A stretch of DNA of 64,000 nucleotides from Lingula anatina (Eukaryota; Animalia; Brachiopoda), in contig CM120647.1 of NCBI GenBank assembly GCA_051362555.1, positions 13,058,651-13,122,650 of the forward strand, given 5' to 3'. Below the pieces are notes generated by a model. That model was not told the origin of the DNA. It saw nothing but the letters and a program-made list of their open reading frames with translations, and did no database searches. Positions 25,301-35,130 of this stretch are shown piece by piece (position 1 is the stretch's first letter; every line of letters begins with the position of its first letter). The translations under genes and the position numbers were made by a program.

Positions 25301-28300
25301 CAGGTTATCTTAGGTTATCTTCATGGGTTATCTCTATAAGATCAAAGGTTATCTCAGGTTATCTCTATAGGTTATCTTAAGTTATCTTAACAGGTTATCT
25401 CTATAAGAGAACATGTTATCTTAGGTTATCTCTATAGGTTATCTTAGGTTATCTTAATGGGTTATCTCTATAAGATCAAAGGTTATCTCAGGTTATCTCT
25501 ATAGGTTATCTTAAATTATCTTAACAGGTTATCTCTATAAGAGAACATGTTATCTTGGGTTATCTCTATAGGTTAATTTGGGTTATCTTAATGGGTTATC
25601 TCTATAAGATCAAAGGTTATCTCAGGTTATCTCTATAGGTTATCTTAAGTTATCTTAACAGGTTATCTCTATAAGAGAACATGTTATCTTGGGTTATCTC
25701 TATAGGTTAATTTGGGTTATCTTAATGGGTTATCTCTATAAGATCAAAGGTTATCTTTAATGTTTGGGTCATTTAAAATTTACCGGCATGTGCTCGTTAG
25801 ATTAATTACCACTAGTTTCTGAGCTTTATCAAGTAAGGCGACTGGCAAGCTTATGTAACTATGGTCATACAAGGTTAGATTTGTGAGCTTTTCAGAGAGT
25901 GGCACCCTCTCTTTAATAAAGTGCTAAGGTCAGAGAATTCGTTAAGTACCTAATTTGAAGGGTGGACTTATACCACCAAGTTTGTCTTTATCCAGTAAGG
26001 CGACTGGCAAGCTTATGTAACTATGGTCATACAAGGTTAAATTTGTGAGCTTTTCAGAGAGTGGCACCCTCTCTTTAATAAAGTGCTAAGGTCAGAGAAT
26101 TCGTTAAGTTACCTAAGTCAAGTGGTTTATGCTTTTAACAAATAAGGTGATTGGCAAGCTTATTTAGCTATGGTTTTACAAAGTTAGATCAGTGAGTTTT
26201 TAGAGGGCAGCACCCTCTCTTTAATATAAGTGCTCCTAGCAATTATTAAGTTTTTAAGTGGACAGTTGGCTGACTGAATATGGAGGTGTTTTTCCTGGTG
26301 AGGAGGGGTTCCAGCATGTAGGAATTGGTCCCTTGGCTGCAGTTGACAAGTTCCTGGCCAAGACCTTGGGGTGCAGTTGACAGGTTCCTGGCCAAGGTTG
26401 CTGCTGGTTTTGATGGCGAAGAGAAGTGCACATCTCATCCTCGGGTGAAAGGCCGTACGGGTCCGGGGCGCCATCGGCGCAGACGTCAACTTGGTGCTGT
26501 TGATGATGTTCCAGTCCAAGTGCGCGGTGAAATCCTCCATGAGACTTGGGGGTAGTTTTTATTTTAGTTTCCTTAGTTATCCCATTGGGAACACCAGATA
26601 CCTTATTCAGCCAGCTGATACCAAGAAGAAACAAAGTGAGGGTCAACGACGTCCATCAACGATGCCATCCAACGCGGTGCCGTCAACGAGGCCGTCCTTC
26701 GCGTAGTTACCACCAGAGATACCAGATATCGTCGCACGCTTCCCAATTCCATCAACGGTGCCATCTAACGCGAACCGCCAACGAGGTAGTCCTTCGCGTA
26801 GTTACCACTAGAGATGCCAGATGTCATCGCACGCTACCCAATTCCATCAACGATGTCATCTAACGCGAACCGTCAACGAGGCCGTCCTACGCATGGTTAC
26901 CACTAGAGATGCCTGGTGTCATCGCACGCTACCCGATTCCATTAACGATGCCATCCAACGCAGTGCCGTCAACGAGGTCGACTCCATCTCAGATGCATCT
27001 CACACTACGCGCAACGCCAACTTCTCAATTTTATAGACATTTATGACAATAAGTCATGTGATAGTCACCACTGACTTGAGAATTTTATGGTCGATTTATC
27101 CGTTTAATAAAATTTATTAAAACATAAATCTGCCTCTTTATTTCTGAAGGACAGGGATATACTTTCCCTAAGAAACATCCAAGTTCCCACGCCGCGCATG
27201 GGTGTCGCGGTCGCTCGGGCCCGACCCCTCGCGTTACAATGGTGGCAGCGGTGGGATTGTCTTTCAGAAAAACAGTGGGAAAGTCCTTCAGAAAATCACC
27301 CCCAGAATTGAGGCTAGATTTATTTCAACTTTTGGCAAAATTAATGCATTTATATCTCATTGTTTAAGAGGAAGATGGCGACCAATGGGAAGCGCGAGGA
27401 TGCAGATATGGCGAGTGAGTCTAGAGAATCAGAAGTAATCCTAAACCTGAGAGAAGCCACTCCACGGGAAGGAGCACCAGTGGGGTCCAGTGCCAGCACC
27501 ATAGCTGAAGATGAAGTGGTGACAGAGGAGAGTCCCCAGGTTATAAGGCGATTTCTAGCGTCCCCGGGTCTACCGAGAGCAGGGTCCGGCCTAAACTATG
27601 GAAGAAGGCCCAGCTATGTCCCTGACCGCTATGAAGGAAATACACCATGGGCTGATTATTACTGTCACTTTGAGAGCTGTGCCAGAATAAATGGCTGGGA
27701 TGAGGAGGAGAAAGCGGGCTTTCTAGCAGCCAGCCTACGAGGAACTGCTCAGGCGACGTTGAGTGACGCACAGGAAGATGGAAGAATGGTCTCATACCGC
27801 CAGTTAGTTCATCTTCTAGCTCAACGGTTTGGACCTGGACGTGGAGCAGAGCTGTACGTGGCCGAGTTAAGAAATAGGAGGAGGAGGCCTAACGAAACCT
27901 TGAGAGAATTGGGCCAGGCCATTAAGAGATTGACAGCCCTGGCGTATCCAGAGTTGAATAGAGAGTCACAAGATAGGCTGGCACGAATCCATTTCCAAGA
28001 CGCTGTGGACGATAGGGACCTAAGGAGCAGAATTTTCCAGGCGCAATGTAGAAGTCTAGAGGACGCAATACGAGCCGCTGCAGGAATGGAGTCTTTCCTG
28101 GAGGCTGAAAGAATAGGAGAGAAAAGCCATATGAGAAGACAAGTACGTGTGACGTCTGCAGAACCCTGTGAAGATGAAAAAGTGAAACAGTTGGAACAGG
28201 AAGTGAGGAAGCTGAAGGCTGAACTAGAGAGACGCACAGTTAACCAGGGGTACAGAAAAGAAGCCACTTGCTATCGATGTGGAAACAAAGGTCACTACGC

Positions 28301-31300
28301 CAGAGACTGCAGAACTGAGCCACACCAGGGAAACGGAACCTGGTCACGTCAGTGGACCGAGACAAGGCCAAGAAAGCAGTAAAGGTCCCCAATGAAGATG
28401 ATGGTGATGTACATAATGGGAGAATTCCGGCTTCAGATGTTAGTAAGGGTTTGTTTGTTGTTGCTAAAATTTTTAGTGTTCCTGTTACGTTACTAGTTGA
28501 TACTGGAGCCACAGACACCATCATCTCATTGAAAAGTTACCAAGCCATAGAGAGTTACAGAAGACCGACCTTGGAGAATCTAAATGAAGTTGTTTACCAG
28601 GCTGATGGAAAACCCCTGCCAGTGTATGGTCAAGCATGGGTAGACTTACAGGTGGGCCAAACTATAACCCAGAAGAAGGTGATAGTGGCAGAAGTTCCGT
28701 ATGATGGAATCCTAGGCATTGACTTTTTATTACAGAAAGGAAGTGTTCTTGACTTTAATGGTTTCCAGATCTCCTGTGAGGGTCAGAAGATCCCTTGTGT
28801 GAATAAAGAAGCAACCCCTTTTATTGCTGCTGTGAAAGTAAAGCATAACACTTTAGTGCCACCTGGACATGAAGTGGTAGTAGAAGGTGAGCTGTTCTCA
28901 TCAGACCAACCGGGCAGAAGTATGAGTGGAATCATCGAAAATACCAGACCGGACAAAATTGCAGGTAGAGGATTGCTTGTGGCCAGGGCATTCCTCGACT
29001 TGTCTACAGAGCCATTACCGGTTAAAGTTTATAATCCGGGCCCGGATCCTATAACACTCTACCAAGGGACTACAGTAGGAACAGTCACTGAAGCGGAGGA
29101 AGTACGATCCCTGCCACCCTGTTCCACAGGCACGTGGATCAGATCTGTGAACAAGTCACCAGCAACGCCTGACTTACCAGAGTTTTTGCACGATATTTGG
29201 CGTAGAAGTTGCAAGCATTTAAGTGAAGCAGAAAAAGAAGACGTAAAGCAGCTACTGACTGAATTCCAAGACATCTTCGCAGAAGGGGACATGGACTTAG
29301 GAAGAACCGACGTAGTTAAACAAAGTATAGACACAGGGAATGCCGCTCCGATCCGACAACCTTATCGTTGCCTTCCTAACAAGCAAATAGTAGAAGATTA
29401 CAGGTGTGATGTATGGATCTCCCTATTCCTTCCCAGACGGTGGCACTCTGTCTCGGCTGGCTCAAGTTGCTCAAAGCTCTCAGCTCCCCTGAGAGTGGAG
29501 GGCGAGGCGAGCTGTCCAAAGGTCAGGCAGCCAGGCCACTGAAAGGGGAGGAGTGAGAGTTTCCGCATCCACTTAATTTTATTCAAATTTATTAAGGAAT
29601 TTGGCAGAATTGTTTGTTTTTTTTTGTTTGTTTTTTTTTTTTTTTACTAATCACTGAATAACCTACCCCCTTATCTGTGCTGAAGGTCACGAAAAAAAAA
29701 AAAAATTGCTGAAGGTCACGAAAAAAAAAAAAAAAAAAAAAAAATCTTATGAACGCATAAAATGAAATGAATGATAAATCCACCTTTATTTTAGTGATGC
29801 CAGGTCAGAAATGCAAGTACTGCAGTTTACATTTTTCCTCAAGATCGAACCGCAGGAGGCATGAAGTGGCCATGCACGAAACGTATAAGTGCATGGAGAA
29901 GAATTGTGACAGGTCTTATACCACAGAAAGCGAATTGATGAAACATCAACAGGCCCGTCACCAGCCAGTGCAGGTAATGGTGGGGAGGGAAGAGGAAGCC
30001 TCCCTCCTTGAGGAAACACCAGCAGAAGAGCCCCCAAGGAAAGCTCCACGCCCGACAACAGGTGGGAAGGGTATCAGGCTGAACATGACGCCAGAGCCCC
30101 CAACAGGAGGTTGGTCATCGGACGAGGACGTGGACGTGGAGGATGGTGAGAGTACACCAATGCCTGCCAGGAAGTCACCTGCTGCACGTGTAGATCAGTT
30201 AGACACAAGCATTGCCACCCTGTATGGCAGGGTGACAAGGTTCACTGAAAAGGAAACAATTTATCCAGATGGAAGACGAATGATCGTTAGAAATTTCTTT
30301 TGTTGACTGCAATGCTTATCTAAGACGATGTTTATGAATTATTATTACTATTAAAATCATTTTTTTTTAGGCAAAGTGTAATCATTTTTTTTTTTTTTTT
30401 AGACTAAAAATGAATCTCTTCTCAGACTATACTGGGACAGTACTCTTGCGGACAATATTCAATAACTTAAAATGTACTCATGGCCATCTGTTATATAGTT
30501 TTCACTTTATTAAAAGAGTGTTTATCTACCTACAGTACTTGTTCTTGATTCAGGAGAATCAATTTTAAAAGGGTGGGGGCAGTGTAACAAAGGGGGTCAC
30601 AAGAGCCACGAATCTGCTATTTAAAATCATTAGAAACAATGTAAACATGTGCTGCACGATCGTCTGCTATGACCGGAATCTACTTTTCTTCAATAACTTT
30701 ACATTAAATCTTACCTAAGACTTCGTTTTTCCTTAGAGACATATGTCCTGGAGTTTATCCAACTAAACCCATAGGTTAATTCTTCATTTAAATCCCAAAT
30801 AATGGAAATACGGCGCTAAATCTACAATACACAAGTTAGTGAAACTTCCATGCAGAGCGGCCATGCTGTTAGGTCGCGACCTTCGACCTTTGACCGCAGC
30901 GCGAGCATGACGTAACGGAGTCTATAAATAGGGCTGCAGAGCCAAAGCGGGGGTTCTTCGAAAAGCTGACTCCCCTCTCGACAGAATCAACAGCCTATAG
31001 TACCAGTGAGTTAGATTTTATTTAGAGGGTGCCCCCGCGGGGGTAACCCGCCTGTCATTAGCCATTTTCTATGTAGTTTGGGACTGAATTTAATGAAACT
31101 TTATCTAATTTTAGTAAGTTCAACTTGTAGTAGTTGCTAGATCGAAGTTACGTTCTCTGTTTAGATATTTCGCGTAGCTTCCCCATGACCTCCCTTTTTT
31201 TTTTACTATTAACCGTTTTTCACCACTAATTACCCGCTTCTGTTGTTTTGCACTCCCTGTGCAAGTAATTAAGTGATGTTCAGTTAATTTTTTTCTTCTC

Positions 31301-34300
31301 TTTTACCTGTTCGTCTATGTTACTGTAGTTATCTCTAGGAGATCAAATGCACTCTTAGGTTATATCTATAGGTTATCTTAAGTTATCTTAACAGGTTATC
31401 TCTATAAGAGAACATGTTATCTTAGGTTATCTCTACAGGTTATCCTAAGTTATCTTCATGGGTTATCTCTATAAGATCAAAGGTTATCTCAGGTTATCTC
31501 TATAGGTTATCTTAAGTTATCTTAACAGGTTATCTCTATAAGAGAACATGTTATCTTAGGTTATCTCTATAGGTTATCTTAGGTTATCTTAATGGGTTAT
31601 CTCTATAAGATCAAAGGTTATCTCAGGTTATCTCTATAGGTTATCTTAAGTTATCTTAACAGGTTATCTCTATAAGAGAACATGTTATCTTAGGTTATCT
31701 CTACAGGTTATCTTAGGTTATCTTCATGGGTTATCTCTATAAGATCAAAGGTTATCTCAGGTTATCTCTATAGGTTATCTTAAGTTATCTTAACAGGTTA
31801 TCTCTATAAGAGAACATGTTATCTTAGGTTATCTCTATAGGTTATCTTAAGTTATCTTAACAGGTTATCTCTATAAGAGAACATGTTATCTTAGGTTATC
31901 TCTACAGGTTATCTTAAGTTATCTTAATGGGTTATCTCTATAAGAGAACACGTTATCTCAGGTTATCTCTATAGGTTATCTTAAGTTATCTTAACAGGTT
32001 ATCTCTATAAGAGAACATGTTATCTTAGGTTATCTCTACAGGTTATCCTAGGTTATCTTCATGGGTTATCTCTATAAGATCAAAGGTTATCTCAGGTTAT
32101 CTCTATAGATTATCTTAAGTTATCTTAACAGGTTATCTCTATAAGAGAACATGTTATCTTAGGTTATCTTAATGGGTTATCTTTATAAGATCAAAGGTTA
32201 TCTCAGGTTATCTCTATAGGTTATCTTAAGTTATCTTAACAGGTTATCTCTATAAGAGAACATGTTATCTTAGGTTATCTCTACAGGTTATCCTAGGTTA
32301 TCTTCATGGGTTATCTCTATAAGATCAAAGGTTATCTCAGGTTATCTCTATAGATTATCTTAAGTTATCTTAACAGGTTATCTCTATAAGAGAACATGTT
32401 ATCTTAGGTTATCTTAATGGGTTATCTTTATAAGATCAAAGGTTATCTCAGGTTATCTCTATAGGTTATCTTAAGTTATCTTAACAGGTTATCTCTATAA
32501 GAGAACATGTTATCTTAGGTTATCTCTACAGGTTATCTTAGGTTATCTTCATGGGTTATCTCTATAAGATCAAAGGTTATCTCAGGTTATCTCTATAGGT
32601 TATCTTAAGTTATCTTAACAGGTTATCTCTATAAGAGAACATGTTATCTTAGGTTATCTCTATAGGTTATCTTAGGTTATCTTAATGGGTTATCTCTATA
32701 AGATCAAAGGTTATCTCAGGTTATCTCTATAGGTTATCTTAAATTATCTTAACAGGTTATCTCTATAAGAGAACATGTTATCTTGGGTTATCTCTATAGG
32801 TTAATTTGGGTTATCTTAATGGGTTATCTCTATAAGATCAAAGGTTATCTCAGGTTATCTCTATAGGTTATCTTAAGTTATCTTAACAGGTTATCTCTAT
32901 AAGAGAACATGTTATCTTGGGTTATCTCTATAGGTTAATTTGGGTTATCTTAATGGGTTATCTCTATAAGATCAAAGGTTATCTTTAATGTTTGGGTCAT
33001 TTAAAATTTACCGGCATGTGCTCGTTAGATTAATTACCACTAGTTTCTGAGCTTTATCAAGTAAGGCGACTGGCAAGCTTATGTAACTATGGTCATACAA
33101 GGTTAGATTTGTGAGCTTTTCAGAGAGTGGCACCCTCTCTTTAATAAAGTGCTAAGGTCAGAGAATTCGTTAAGTACCTAATTTGAAGGGTGGACTTATA
33201 CCACCAAGTTTGTCTTTATCCAGTAAGGCGACTGGCAAGCTTATGTAACTATGGTCATACAAGGTTAAATTTGTGAGCTTTTCAGAGAGTGGCACCCTCT
33301 CTTTAATAAAGTGCTAAGGTCAGAGAATTCGTTAAGTTACCTAAGTCAAGTGGTTTATGCTTTTAACAAATAAGGTGATTGGCAAGCTTATTTAGCTATG
33401 GTTTTACAAAGTTAGATCAGTGAGTTTTTAGAGGGCAGCACCCTCTCTTTAATATAAGTGCTCCTAGCAATTATTAAGTTTTTAAGTGGACAGTTGGCTG
33501 ACTGAATATGGAGGTGTTTTTCCTGGTGAGGAGGGGTTCCAGCATGTAGGAATTGGTCCCTTGGCTGCAGTTGACAAGTTCCTGGCCAAGACCTTGGGGT
33601 GCAGTTGACAGGTTCCTGGCCAAGGTTGCTGCTGGTTTTGATGGCGAAGAGAAGTGCACATCTCATCCTCGGGTGAAAGGCCGTACGGGTCCGGGGCGCC
33701 ATCGGCGCAGACGTCAACTTGGTGCTGTTGATGATGTTCCAGTCCAAGTGCGCGGTGAAATCCTCCATGAGACTTGGGGGTAGTTTTTATTTTAGTTTCC
33801 TTAGTTATCCCATTGGGAACACCAGATACCTTATTCAGCCAGCTGATACCAAGAAGAAACAAAGTGAGGGTCAACGACGTCCATCAACGATGCCATCCAA
33901 CGCGGTGCCGTCAACGAGGCCGTCCTTCGCGTAGTTACCACCAGAGATACCAGATATCGTCGCACGCTTCCCAATTCCATCAACGGTGCCATCTAACGCG
34001 AACCGCCAACGAGGTAGTCCTTCGCGTAGTTACCACTAGAGATGCCAGATGTCATCGCACGCTACCCAATTCCATCAACGATGTCATCTAACGCGAACCG
34101 TCAACGAGGCCGTCCTACGCATGGTTACCACTAGAGATGCCTGGTGTCATCGCACGCTACCCGATTCCATTAACGATGCCATCCAACGCAGTGCCGTCAA
34201 CGAGGTCGACTCCATCTCAGATGCATCTCACACTACGCGCAACGCCAACTTCTCAATTTTATAGACATTTATGACAATAAGTCATGTGATAGTCACCACT

Positions 34301-34845
34301 GACTTGAGAATTTTATGGTCGATTTATCCGTTTAATAAAATTTATTAAAACATAAATCTGCCTCTTTATTTCTGAAGGACAGGGATATACTTTCCCTAAG
34401 AAACATCCAAGTTCCCACGCCGCGCATGGGTGTCGCGGTCGCTCGGGCCCGACCCCTCGCGTTACAATATGTTGCATGCAACCATGTCAAGCGAGAGTAT
34501 GCGACTATTTTTAACATGTTGCTTGTTCAGATATTTGTAGCTAGGGATGCCGCATACTTCTCAGAACGTCGTAGGGCGTATTCAGAAAAAGTTGATTTGC
34601 GGATTAACTTTGGTTGTGAATGTGTCCATAAAGAAAATCACAACATCATTCTTCTTTTCTTTGTGCTCTTATCAGGTAATGTCAGCAATGAGGTCCTCCG
34701 GGAGTTCAACACCGTAATTCGTACTTATGCTGAGTGCAAGGAAGGCTGGGGAAGCTACGTGTTGGAAGACACACACATTTGTATAGGAGATGGTTCCGCA
34801 GGTTCCTGTCAGGTAGGTATAGGCTGAGATCAGTCAGAACGTTCG

Positions 34846-34897
<52 letters not shown>

Positions 34898-35095
34898 TTG
34901 CTTAAAAAGCTGAACGGAAGGGTTTTAGCGAATTTTACATTTTGAACTAATCAGTTATAAATATATATGTGGCGAAAAACGGTTACATATTGTACATTTC
35001 CTGAGCCATATTTGCAAAGAAATAACATCTCACAATTCTGAGAGGCGAGAATCAGTGTTAAAAAACGATGAAATATTCCTCAATTATCTAAATTC

Positions 35096-35130
<35 letters not shown>

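Larger units (their letters stand above)
23355..27238 (+). repeat. 5' LTR (3,884 bp)
   Basis: Starts tgtaacaaagggggtc and ends ccctcgcgttaca, immediately followed by the PBS. It appears identical to 30583-34466. Confidence 0.97.
23355..34466 (+). mobile_element. Non-autonomous Ty3/Gypsy LTR retrotransposon (11,112 bp) in intron 5 of the protease
   Basis: TGTAAC...GTTACA termini, 4-bp TSD ATAT (23351-23354 and 34467-34470), two 3,884-bp LTRs offset by 7,228 bp, PBS, PPT, gag and protease. Confidence 0.97.

Noticed and set aside
24100-25756. Repeat array as a CRISPR array or telomeric repeat
   Set aside because: There are no unique spacers or cas genes and the context is eukaryotic. The core is GGTTATCT rather than TTAGGG/TTAGG, and it lies inside LTRs.
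26184-27036. Overlapping ORFs on both strands inside the LTR (also 33412-34264)
   Set aside because: They have no recognisable domains and are explained by GC-richer 36-bp and 95-bp tandem repeats. Their duplication simply reflects LTR identity.
23355-34466. 3.9-kb direct repeat as a segmental duplication or assembly error
   Set aside because: TG...CA ends, ATAT TSD, PBS and PPT sit exactly at the repeat boundaries, which is diagnostic of LTRs.
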